From: Asterias rubens
Taxonomy: Eukaryota
Length of the DNA: 64,000 nucleotides
Reading direction: 5' to 3'
Assembly (NCBI RefSeq): GCF_902459465.1
Contig: NC_047082.1
Span: 10,292,001 to 10,356,000 of the forward strand
In this document: one piece after another, positions 52,101 to 62,884 of the stretch
Layout of the letters: every line of letters starts with the position of its first letter
Numbering within the stretch: position 1 is the first letter of the stretch
Translations under genes and position numbers: made by a program
Notes under the pieces: generated by a model
Told to the model about the DNA's origin: nothing
What the model saw: the letters and a program-made list of their open reading frames with translations, nothing else
Database searches by the model: none

Positions 52101-52646
52101 TTGATCTTTTAATTATTATTTTGTTTTTCACTTCTGAATAGTCCAAAGGGACGAGAAGATTCTCGCAAGATGTGGTGTAGCTGTTTCTACCCAGGTGAGA
52201 TTCTCCTTGCATCCCAAGCGGACATCGGTAGCTCTACCCAGACTTGCCGTCGACATGCCTTAAATGCCCTCCTAGCTGTTTGTGAAGAAAACCGAGAGGA
52301 CTTCAGTCCGGTCGGCGCCCGCATCATCCGCACTGTGTTCCTCCATCAGTGCGTGCAGTATCCACAAGATGAAGACTGGGAACCAGGCAAGCTGGGTCGT
52401 GCCTTTGTGGATTTATTCCTGGCTCTTATCCAAGCCCTCCTGAAGGGGACCATTGCGCATTTTTTCCTGCCGGAGACGAACCTTCTGGCAGCTCACGATA
52501 AAAGAGATCTTAAGCCTGTGGCTGATCATCTTAAAGCGATTCTCAATGATATTGTACAGCATCCGGAGAAAACCTACTTTTTAGGAGACAGAAATGGACG
52601 AAAGCAATACACAAGGTTAAAAACTACATGTGCTCCGAAGTTCTAG
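49150..52646 (+). CDS. Divergent Mab-21/cGAS-fold family protein (MAB21L-like), 4 exons, about 417 aa, probably catalytically degenerate
   Basis: Exons 49150-49581, 50260-50398, 51336-51513 and 52142-52646 join in phase (0/1/2) to 1254 nt. Blocks ILHLVCEQDDRF, HRFDILVPL, VDDG, LLLPGKVLRRFHRLVQEAV, GPAVTL...IVSLIPAV...WP, CRRHAL and YPQDEDW...HFFLPETNLL parallel MAB21L1 as recalled. The exon 1 and exon 2 donors were chosen by phase fit. Confidence 0.8.
49586..49599. promoter_or_regulatory. RFX X-box overlapping the intron-1 donor of the Mab-21-like gene, about 0.8 kb upstream of the DNAAF11 ATG
   Basis: GTTGCCATGGTTAC, a near-perfect X-box. Confidence 0.5.
50526..50867 (+). mobile_element. 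Full-length tRNA-derived SINE, second body type
   Basis: A box CGGCCGAGTGG, B box GTTCGAATCC, core CACCCAGGGGTATAAATGGGTACC, tail GCGCTATATAAGA plus (TTA)n. Confidence 0.85.
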
Positions 52647-52672
52647 ACATTCACTTGATTGGCCACACTTAA

Positions 52673-53043
52673 AGGGTCTGGGTACTTTTTGTTGGACAAA
52701 AAATAAATAGTCCACAGATTTACATTAAACTTACACAGTTTGAAGATAATAATGCTAGAAACCTTTCCTTAAAATGATATATGCTGAGATGCTGTTCTTT
52801 TTGAGATACGAGTCAAACAAGTCACAAAAATAATTGTTGTCTCAGTGAGTAGACAATTATTTTAGCATGTAAAATGTGTTATATAATTATTGTGACATGG
52901 TTTTAGTCATTTCTCCAAAACTACAGCACCTCAGCAAGTACTATTTGAAGGTAGGCTTTCTATTATCATTATCTTCAAACCGAGTAAGTTTAGTGTCAAT
53001 CTGTGGACATTGTGTTTTGTGTAACAAAAAGTACCCAAATCCT
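52673..53043. mobile_element. TTAA-type MITE, distinct family
   Basis: AGGGTCTGGGTACTTTTTGTT...AACAAAAAGTACCCAAATCCT, with left TTAA at 52669-52672. A related internal fragment lies near 54560-54670. Confidence 0.7.
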
Positions 53044-53094
53044 TAAAAGGTTTTGTAATACATTTGGCAGGACTGGTAAAGATAAAACAACCAT

Positions 53095-53640
53095 CGTTTA
53101 ACTATAATTGCTTCTCTCCACCTAGGGGTAAATGTAAGCTTGGGCGATATCACGATATTATCGAATATCGTGATATTAATTTGGAAACGATTTCGATATT
53201 GGATGGATTCGGTTTTAATCGAAATATCGATATGGCGCGAAATATCGCAATATCACGATGTATTTGCTAGCTGAGACATCTTGCACCCCATAGGTTTGGA
53301 GTAAAACCAGAGGAATAGGTCATTAGAACACCTCTCTTATGCTATGACTGTCTCTTCTACAACTTTCACTTGGAGTTTGAAGACTGGTGATGTCAAATTT
53401 AAATAATTGCGATTATATCAAATATCGCGATATATTGTCGGCGATATATCGTGAATTAAATAAATCGATATCGCCCAAGCTTAGGTAAATGGGTACCTGT
53501 GAATGTGTGAGGGCAGAGATGATTCTTGTGATTGGTTTAGCCAAGTAGCCTATATTGTGCACAGGCTGTATACTCCCCAGGGAGCTGAGATGGTTTAAGG
53601 AATGATTGAAGGCCCAGTGTGACCTGGGGTAATAATGTCA
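53095..53640 (+). mobile_element. SINE body fragment split by the hAT MITE
   Basis: TATAATTGCTTCTCTCCACCTAGGGGTAAATG|insert|GGTACCTGTG...GGCTGTATACTCCC matches the 50526 SINE. Confidence 0.75.
53135..53483. mobile_element. hAT-type MITE nested in a SINE
   Basis: TIR TAAGCTTGGGCGATATC, with an exact 8-bp TSD GGTAAATG at 53127-53134 and 53484-53491. Confidence 0.9.
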
Positions 53641-53916
53641 CTTGTGAGTGACACATCGTCACGATGCCACCAATGAATTGGTTTCATTATAAGTACCTTG
53701 TGAATCACAGAATAGTGACAATGCCAGTTTCAGCACACAAAAACCCAACCCAATGGAACACTGATCGAAGCCCTATTATCAAATTGTTCGTTAAACATTA
53801 AATTATATCATTCACTTAGCCCTTCATATGACAAATCAACAACACAAACCACTGGTTTCAAATCTTGTATCAAAAATGTCATTTTTTGTCTTTGTTTAAC
53901 CAATTAGTTTTTAATT

Positions 53917-54500
53917 AGCTGTTCCGACCTACTGTCGGAACAGGTATTGTTTCTGTCGAGATTTTAATTTTTGTCTTATTCTTTGTTTCTGCTTCAAACC
54001 CATAGCAATTGCACACGTTTTTGTCTTTAAACCTAATCTCCTAGACCATAACTTCAAAAGAGTGAAATCATATACCAAATTGAAGCTTAGAACATAAGCT
54101 TTACTCTAAATGTAAACAAAATTAAAAATCTTCATTAATTAGCCACGTAATCTTCATTTGAATATAACTGGATGCAGTCGCTTCCATATTATTGTTAAAT
54201 ATTCTCTTTGGTAAATGCCATACAGTATGTACCTATCATGAGTTGTGACTTCTTGAGATGAGTCTACGCGTTTGAACATAACTGGATGCAGTCACTTCCA
54301 TGTTATTGTTAAACATTCTCTATGGTAAATGCAATTCAGTATGTACCTATCATGAGTTGTGACTTCTTGAGAGGAGTCTACTCAAGTCTCTTTTTCTTGT
54401 TTTTCTACATACGTTCTGGACCACAGCGCAGTCTCTGTTTCTTCGTTTCCTAACCGAGTTCTGGACCAATATGCTTTGTACACGAAGGCTTAGGGTTTTC
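53917..54500. mobile_element. Possible Helentron-associated (DINE/HINE-like) element with a 114-bp tandem core; 3' end uncertain
   Basis: Starts TT|AGCT with a 9-bp hairpin TGTTCCGAC-ctact-GTCGGAACA (53920-53942) and a CT-rich stretch. Two 114-bp repeats lie at about 54157-54382. Confidence 0.4.
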
Positions 54501-55869
54501 GTTTAACGAACGTGCGTATATAAATAGGGGTTTTTGACGACGACGACATACCATGGTGTCCACAGAATTACACTAAACTTAAACAGTTTGAAGATAATGA
54601 CAGTTGAAAGCTTCCCTTAAAATATTACTTGCTGTGGTGTTGTAGTTTTTGAGAAATGAGTGAAAAAAATAATGTCAAATTTAGACTCCGAGGTGGCGTC
54701 CTCCGTGGACGAATGTGCGTAAACCCCTAAAGGCATCTAATACTACATTTCAACCCTACTTAATAGTTAAAGGCGTTAGCAGTTCATATTTAGTGACAAT
54801 GTTCGCAAAATCATGACACGAGAATTATTTCGCCGGATCATAATCCCCTCTGTTGATACAAATACATGTAAACCCTCGTATTATGCATTGGGCCTCATGG
54901 CCTAGTATCAGTCGCGCTTACATCTCTGATACGTGCGAGTTCAAATCTCCATATGAATTTAATATTTTTTTTTATCCCCCAAAACTAAAGAAATATTTCT
55001 TTTTGTAATATTTAAATTAGATTCTTATCTTTATGTCGATAGTGTTGCCTTTTCTTTTTCTCAATTGTTAGCCAAACATAACCTGTGTGCATGCATGACA
55101 CGATGATGTTTGAAAAACACAGTAAGCGGAAAATGGTGATCATAAGCGCAGAGTTTGGTGGTTAAGAGTTCTGTGAAATCAAATCGTACTAGATCAAACA
55201 TCAAACCACCGACCCAAAATAAAATTAAAAATCGTAATTAATTAACCACGTGACCCATATTTGCATAATTAATTGTACAAGGGGACAAAGTTGTTGGAAC
55301 TTCCTGTTGATGCTGACATCATGAGAACATCAGCATAAGTATTGGAATTGCACTACCTATTGAACCACTTGGAGTGTTCAAGGAGTCCAACACGTCAGTC
55401 TGGAGTCCAACTCTGATTGTAAAAATCAATTCAGGCATCATCTTCAATTTAATTTTATGCAACAAGCAAACTTATAAATTTTCTGATTTTATTTCAAAGG
55501 GTAACATAAATGGCTGTTAGCAAACGGTTTCCAACAAAAACTACATGGTGTACGTGCACAATACTCTTACTGGCCTCAAGCATTTACCTCTAGATAAAAA
55601 ATCAAGCATTCAGTTCAAAATGATAAAAGTTTGTTATTGCCACATTATTCAGCGAAACATGAATCATACACAGCTACTATTCACAAGAAAAATCTATGTG
55701 TGGAGGGTAACATACAGCACACAATGGAACCGGAGTTTAACAATGACAATACCAAAAGTGCATTCGTCAGCCGTTGAAGTTTATTATACATGGGGCTGAT
55801 GGTGATCAAAAGAATAAAAGTCTGTTGTCGATACAACCGCCCTTTTATTTGAGCAGGAGCCCAGGGGGG

Positions 55870-56290
55870 TCAGCCAAGCTGGAAAGTTAACCAATTTTCA
55901 TGTATATAGCAATGGCCAATGTGCATGCCTAAGTAAGGAAATGGACGTCTGCCGAGGACACTCCTGGTGGGTGTGGTCAAGTGGGCCTTGGGAAAGGGCC
56001 CCAAAATCGAGCTAGCTCAGCTGGAAAGTTAAACCCGATGAAACCTCTTGGAACATGTTTGGCATAGTCCCAGGTATCATGAATGGCCACTGCCAGACAT
56101 TTTGGGTGGTGGGCGGGGCCAGCCAGACGTACATAACCAGTGACCCAAAATTGAGCTAGCTTAGCTGGAAAGTTAACCCGATGAAACCTCTTGGAAAATG
56201 TTTAGCAGAGTCCCAGGTACCATGAATGACCACTGCCATACATTTTCAGTGGTGGGTTGGGCCAGCCAGACACGCCCAAATGGCCCCACC
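55870..56290. repeat. Three degenerate copies of a roughly 143-bp unit
   Basis: CTGGAAAGTT recurs at about 55879, 56021 and 56165. Confidence 0.8.
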
Positions 56291-57002
56291 ATAAAAATAT
56301 TATGTTTAAGCACTCGAGCCTTCTTGGTAACGAACAACGGAGAGCTATTGAAATACATGTAATATAAAACATTATGAGAAATGACTCCCGCTGAAGCAAT
56401 TCAGTTTTTGAGAAATAGGTAATTTCTCACTCAAATAATATTTGAATTTATAGAAAGACTTTTTTTTTGCCAACCGAGGTTGGGAAACTATGGAAAGCCA
56501 TATGCAAAGCAAAAACAATTCGTATTAATGTTACATCAAACATTAAACAAACAAATATCGAATTATTTTGTTTGAAACAAAGCGACCAATCATTGGAGGT
56601 ATTTTATTTAGTTTGCAGAAAATGTTAGCGCAACTATGTTTTGGTAACAAACTTTCGTCCATGCCATGGCCAACCGGCGCGGTTCAATAATCAACAACGA
56701 AAAGGTCGAATTGTTTACGATTGATTCATAAACTTAAAGTGCGCTGCGTCATGTGTGATGATCAAGGTAAAAATCAACACTGATGTCACAGTACGTGTGC
56801 ACGACGGGCCGGGCAGATTGCCTTGTTAAAAATATAACAAGGCTAGTTGAATACCCGGCTAGTGTACTTGGGTGGCTGAACTTTTACTTGTTTCCCCCAT
56901 GTTCTCATCAAAGCCTGCTCAGTATCTATAGATGGGAGGTGTGGCATCAACAGTTCGGACTTCGTTTGGTTGATCCGGCGGTGGTTGTAAAAAGGGATTG
57001 CC

Positions 57003-57093
57003 ATGATGCCCGCTCAAAAGAAATGTGTACTCACCGCAATGTGCTTCGTACAGCTCACCATTGGTGTTATGGTGATCACCGTTGTATCTCAAT
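57003..57093 (+). CDS. Putative first coding exon encoding an N-terminal signal anchor (type II membrane protein), gene unidentified
   Basis: GCCATG context with an in-frame TAA at 56988. It encodes MMPAQKKCVLTAMCFVQLTIGVMVITVVSQ and ends at a strong phase-1 donor T|GTGAGT. No downstream exon was identified in the window. Confidence 0.4.
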
Positions 57094-57331
57094 GTGAGTA
57101 GAACCTAGCTCAGGCTTTTTCAGCGGCGGCTTTGTAAACTTTTCGTACTATTGATTAAGCCTTATACAAAAAAAATTAAAAATTGTCAACTTTGGATTTT
57201 CACGCCATATTTCTACAAGCGCCTTACGCGGAGCTCTCCACCGCACAATGCGAATCTGCAGGTTTTACTTTTTCTCCTAATGCTGGCGGACGAAAATTGG
57301 CATTTTGCTTTACTGCCACCAGATAGTAGAA

Positions 57332-58032
57332 AAGAAGATTGAACGTTCTGTGAAATGCAATTTTCTATTTCTCTGCTTGTCTGCCACCTGAAAAGCAGAT
57401 TTTACTCGGGCGGCCGAAAAGTGGCCATCTCCTTTTCTTCTTTCAGATACCGGAAAATCAAATTAATTTACCTAGGTGGCCGAAAAGTGGCCATTTGCTT
57501 TTTTCGTTCAAAGGACCGCCCGTGAATGTTTCAGTTCATTGAACAAGTCTAAACGTGCCACCCGTTTAAACCACACGGGAAAGTGGCCATTTGCTTTTTT
57601 CGTTCAAAGGACCGCCCGTGAATGTTTCAGTTCATCACACGGGAAACTGTATGGCTGACCGTGTTCTTTGTAAGGAAAGAATCCTTGAAGTATATTCTGA
57701 AAGCGCGGTTATCACAAAAGAAGGCCTACTTCTTCCAGTATCGACTGACTGACTGACGTGATTGGTTCCCCAACACAAACATAAACACAGTTCAGCGCTC
57801 GTGCATTGTGCGCGTTTTATGGTTCACGTTCACGGGCCGTCCTTTGAAAGTGAAAAAAGCAAATGGTCACTTCTCGGCCACCTATATTTCCTAGGTTAAA
57901 TTTGATTTTCCGGTATCTGAAAGAAGAAAATGAGATGACCACTTTTCGGCCGCCCGAGTAAAATCTGCTTTTCAGCTGGCTGAAAAGCAGAGTAATAGAA
58001 AATTGCATTTTCACAAAACGTTAAATCTGCTT
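57332..58032. mobile_element. Foldback-like element with roughly 190-bp inverted arms and an internal 56-bp duplication
   Basis: Arms at about 57332-57530 and 57828-58032 are reverse complements. Direct repeats lie at 57484-57539 and 57580-57635, and the motif GGCCGAAAAGTGGCCAT recurs. Confidence 0.75.
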
Positions 58033-59608
58033 AGTCCATACATGATTGTGTGGGTTTCCACCAACTTCGGGTTTCGGTTTCACCAACTTCGGGTTTCCGC
58101 GGCAAATTTAATTAATTGTTTTATTTTCGATCCCTAGTCTTCCTGTTTAGGGCGCTTAAAAGTGCTTTTGGGTGATAAGATGTGATTATAAAGTTAAGTA
58201 GGGTGTGCGTCGGGAGGGGTCAGTCCCCCCCCCCCCCCCCCCCGTTTTTGGAGTCAAAACCCCCAGGAACCTCATGGTAACTGTTGTCCAAAATAATGTG
58301 TAAATTAAACGCGCCGGTCAATATAGGGGAGTCCTTGGTGTTTTGCCAAAATACACTGAATTCCCACTGATGAATAATTCAGCGTCAAGTGCGTGGCAGT
58401 CAATGGGAGCGTGTCTGCAAATCTATTGGCCTTTACCATCCTTGAAGAAAAAAAAATTCGCGACCGGGCAAGCGCACACCTTCGTAACATCAAGCTGAAA
58501 ACTATTATCGACATTGTCTTGTATTATAAAACAGAAATGCAAACAATAGTTAACGGCCTGACGTTTCGACCCTAGCAGAGTCTTTATCGAAGGCCATGCC
58601 ATTAACGCCAGGCCATTGACTATTTTGTTCATTTATACCATCGGTCTACAATGCTTGGTAAGTTGTTCACAACAGCTTATTTTATTTTCTCAATGCACTC
58701 AAAGGAAAATAAAACTTGAAAATTCACTTAATAAACAGCTACCTGAGCGGAATGTTTTCAACAGAAATGGTATTTTTACTTGTTTATAATGCACTTGTTC
58801 ACCATTTTAATGTAATTTTGATATGTGTACACTTCTGAACTTTTCGTAATTATCGAGTAAAAAATCAGGCCCCTACCTAAAGGTTTTTTGAAAAACTAAA
58901 AACACTTCTGCCGTTGAGAGCGGGCGTCAAAGGACAATGCCGCTGACGTCATTTGTGGGAGTTTGCTTTGTTATACATCCACGCCGCAACAAAGCGGCTT
59001 TATCTACTTATGACGTTTTGAGAGTGATTACGTAACGGGGCTTTTCGCAAATCTCGCAGAAAAGCTCTGGACAAGGGCATACAAAATGATTGTTTTTTTT
59101 ACACAATTGAAACCTATTTATAATCATATGATTCGATTTCCTTATTCATCGAAAACATTTAAAGTGGAATTCAGCAAAGTTCACGACTTGACATTTTCGT
59201 TCAAGCAGGTCTTTAACGAGGCCACTTAGCTTTTCATCATTATTAACAAAAGAACGACTAATTAATGCGCTGTCATACCAGTCAGATTATGGTTTGTTGA
59301 ATCATGGAGGAAGAATGGTTGAAGTTCGTGAATCAGTAATTTTTGTTTTAAGAACACGAACTTTCGAGTTATCTTCTCACTTATAAACAACAAACGATCG
59401 ACCTTGTGTGTCGTTATTTCCAGTTAGAAATTAACAAGTACAGCCTTGTGTGGTGTACATGATCATTAATTATTAACTCCTTAATACACACCTCGTCATC
59501 CCCACATCACACTCGGCAGTTGTTGTCACCACTCGAACCTTCAGAGATTAGGAAAACCTTCCGTAAAGCAGACTTTTTGGGGCTTCAATTAGATTATGTT
59601 GGGAAAAA

Positions 59609-59640
59609 CAACAACAACAACAACAACAACAATAACAACT
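59609..59640. repeat. (AAC)n microsatellite
   Basis: Direct inspection. Confidence 0.95.
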
Positions 59641-60303
59641 TACAAACACTAACAAATTAAACATTATTAACGATAAGTTAAAAAACTGAATACAAAATGG
59701 CGATAAAACGGAATAAATCACGGGCTTAACTTATTGAGGCGGGACTTTCTATGGTGCTAAAAGCGGGTGTGGCATGTCCACAGGTCTATACCCTTTCCAG
59801 TGTCCTCACCCCAGCTGCAGAGAGTCTATTCCCATACGGCGATCTAGTCTGTGTATAAACGTCTACCCATTGGTAGCTCCCTCTTTTTTACCACTCATTC
59901 TGATTCGATGGGAGATGAATTTGTTTTCCAAGCTGAGAAATAAGTTTCTCTTGGATATGCTGACACCAACGCCACTGGACACGTTTTTGGGGGTAATGGT
60001 GTCAAAAACCGGCTGTGAAATTTTGGGCTCAAAATTGGTCATTGAAGTTGCAACCAAACAAAATGGAAGATCAACCATTTTCGCACAAGTTTGTGTGCTT
60101 TCAAATGCCTGCTGAGAAAAGGCTTCATCCACGGATGAGTCTTCAGGTTCAAAGGTTTATAGTGAGAATTCTTTCTCGAAAAACTATGTATTGCAGAAGG
60201 AGCCGTTTCTCACAATGTTTTATAATACCTACAGCTCTCCGTTGCTCTCTAGAAAGTAACTGTTTATGCTACCATTTGCTTTGAGTATTAATTACTGATT
60301 TAT

Positions 60304-60584
60304 AGACCTTTCTTTTGTAACGTCACAGCCCGAGTTTTTGCCAACCCAGATTGGAAAACTATAGAAAGCCATAAGTGCAAATCAAGAATAGATCGCTATT
60401 TTTGTAACAATGTAACAAAATTTGTTGATTTTGTTTAAAATAAAGCAACTTATGATGAGAGGTATTTTATTTAATTGAAAATGTTGAAATTTGTTGAAAC
60501 ATCTGTTTTTACGATTGAGTGTTTTACTAACATTCGGCCGACCATGCCAACAAGGCGGTTTGTTTATCAACAAAAGAAAGGTCT
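60304..60584. mobile_element. AT-flanked MITE (ISL2EU-like)
   Basis: AT|AGACCTTTCTTTTG...CAAAAGAAAGGTCT|AT with perfect ends. A decayed relative lies at about 56450-56710. Confidence 0.7.
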
Positions 60585-60595
60585 ATTGAAGTAAT

Positions 60596-60667
60596 GATTT
60601 TTGCACTCAGGGGGCGACACGTTTTGTAATCATTACAAAAACGTGTCGCCCCCCGAGTGCAAAAATC
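60596..60667. repeat. Near-perfect palindrome with roughly 35-bp arms and a 1-nt loop
   Basis: GATTTTTGCACTCAGGGGGCGACACGTTTTGTAAT-c-ATTACAAAAACGTGTCGCCCCCCGAGTGCAAAAATC (1 mismatch, 1 indel). Confidence 0.9.
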
Positions 60668-61367
60668 AAAACTGAATGAGGGCGCCCTTGCTCACGCCCT
60701 TCGAAATATTTTGTTTTCCTTTCATCACACGCTATAGCTAGTGACGAATAATTAGCAGAACGGCCATTGACTATTCACGGTGCTGCATTTTGACCCGGAA
60801 GATCAATATACTGTGTGTGTGTTATGGAAATAGGCGTTGTGGCAGTAGGTACATCGTATGTACTCGGCCGGCCGTAGAACGTACGTGCACAAAAGTGAGT
60901 GACCGATACACACGTCGAAGTGAACTTCAGCCAATATTTGTTTGCCATTTTTACCGCATTTTCAGACAGATAAGAACACCACAATGTTCACTGGTACTTA
61001 AAACAGTATCAACTGTGTCCATGGATTAATTTGTAACGGTTTGATCGGTTGTTTTTGGAGGCGTTTTCTTGCCCTTGGATTTACCATGTGTCAAATTCGG
61101 AATGGCTGCTGATGTCCGAGCGCGGATTTCCAGCAGTACCGGCAGCAACCCTCCATTTAGCAGGACATTTCATCAACATCGACCGGCAAAACGGACGTTG
61201 AGTCGCCCGATCGCTTTTCGTGGATTTATCGTCACCAATCGTTGTGGATTTTTACGGTTCCTCTGACATCATCTGTGGCTCCTGTGTGTGCCTCTACTCT
61301 CGAGGTTTTCTCTACCCAAGCCGTCCCGTCGACCGGGGTGTGGGGGTAGTTTTTAGCGATTTTAACA

Positions 61368-61497
61368 ATGCGTGTTTATATGATAATGGGGACAGTAGTT
61401 TACAGGACACATCGATCCTGGTTGTCACGGCTATTCCTTCTATGTATTACCCTTTTTATGGTCTGGACAGTTCTTCTTTCACTGCAGTTAAAAAGTG
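61368..61497 (+). CDS. Putative first coding exon encoding a basic tail plus signal anchor (type II membrane protein), gene unidentified
   Basis: ACAATG context. It encodes MRVYMIMGTVVYRTHRSWLSRLFLLCITLFMVWTVLLSLQLKS and ends at a consensus phase-1 donor G|GTAAGT. CpG-rich leader-like sequence precedes it at about 60750-61360. Confidence 0.5.
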
Positions 61498-61543
61498 GTA
61501 AGTATTCCCCCCCTCTGCTCTGTGATGGAATAATTCTTCTTTT

Positions 61544-61679
61544 GGAAAAGTTTCCGTATGGCGCCACCACTTTTTCATTCGAAAAAAAAATAATATATAG
61601 TATCTAATTTACCTGATTGATATATCCCTTTTTGTAAAAATGAGTGAAAAAGTGGTGGCGCCATACGGAAAGTTATCCC
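61544..61679. mobile_element. 130-bp hairpin MITE, 46 nt after the orphan exon donor
   Basis: Same family as 48507-48638, in the opposite orientation. Confidence 0.8.
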
Positions 61680-62884
61680 TTCTTTTTTCCCTGTAAATAG
61701 TCTTGTCTTGTTGGATTTATTCTTTCTTCTGTGTAACTGTAGGTAGGCCTATAAAAGCTATATAAAATTTTAAAAAACACTAGTGTTGAGCAATTTTTTA
61801 TTTTTTTAAATAAAATTGCATTGTTTTATATTTAAGTAGTGTTAATTGATTGGTGAATGCAGAATGGATCTTGTTCTTGGAAAGGCAATGTTTTTTATTT
61901 TATTTTAACAACTTAGTTAGTCAGCATGGATGGTCAGAAAAGAGGGATTATTTAAATATTGTTAAAATTAAATGAATATGAATAGGCAATAACACTTAAA
62001 GTATACAAATACTTATTCTGGAATTTGAACATTTGAACATCATTTTGGTTTTATTAAAAGCTTGTCCAGTTCTGAGATTACTGGCCGAGCGCTAAAAACA
62101 CTTGTTCTCATGCCTGTAATCTAACTGTTAATAATTTTTGTACAATTTATAGTGTTCTACGCAGCAAAGAGCTGGTACCGGCAATATACCCAATATCTTT
62201 ACATCATATTATATTTTTGTTGAGTGAGCGCTGCTGAATAGCCATCCCTATTTTTACATGGACCTAAGTCCTAAACATGCTGACAAACTATAAATGCTAT
62301 ATATTATTTATCAATGTGATTGCGAGATAATATTATGAACTGTGATCGATGAGATATAAGCATGCGTAACGACTATCGGTATTTTCGGTAACATACGCCA
62401 TGTTGTCCAACAAAAACAGCACAGTTTTGTGTTTTGCAGGAAATCTGTAATCATGGTTGTTGGCTATACTCTGAATACTGTACAGTTCAGGCCAACGCAT
62501 ACCCTAGTTATTGGCCCCCATTGATTGCGTTAATTTTGTTTAACCACAATTATGTGTACAACCCAAGGGTGATTATGCATGTTCAACCCAACACAAGCTG
62601 AGCAACCGTCATGACCGTCCACTCCCAATTTGAGTTGGTACTACTACGTATTTTAACTCCAGCTCCAGGGTTCTACCGTTGATGCAGAAGCTATTGATCG
62701 TGCCGATACGCGCAATGTGCGTGCCGAGACGTGCAAATTTGGGCCAATCAATTACAAACAAATTTAGAACAATTAATTTCACATAAAAACATCCAGAGAA
62801 AACCATGCTCCAGATTACCCACAGTTGGGCTTTAAAAACCAAGTCTAACACCAAGTAAAAAGCATACCGAAGACCGAGTTTCAA

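Noticed and set aside
49150-52646. Active cGAS-like receptor (cGLR)
   Set aside because: The GS motif and two of three acidic catalytic positions appear substituted, and the sequence blocks resemble MAB21L more than cGAS.
57033-57104. Minus-strand exon VLLTLRYNGDHHNTNGELYEAHC with a GTGAGT donor
   Set aside because: The acceptor lacks a pyrimidine tract, and the plus-strand reading is better supported.
59774-60284. ORFs of 113, 89 and 89 aa
   Set aside because: They run into a Kolobok-type fragment (about 60090-60285) and show no domain or splice support.
62440-62530. Second exon for the orphan signal-anchor exons after TTTTGCAG at 62439
   Set aside because: Phase-1 entry meets TAA after three codons.
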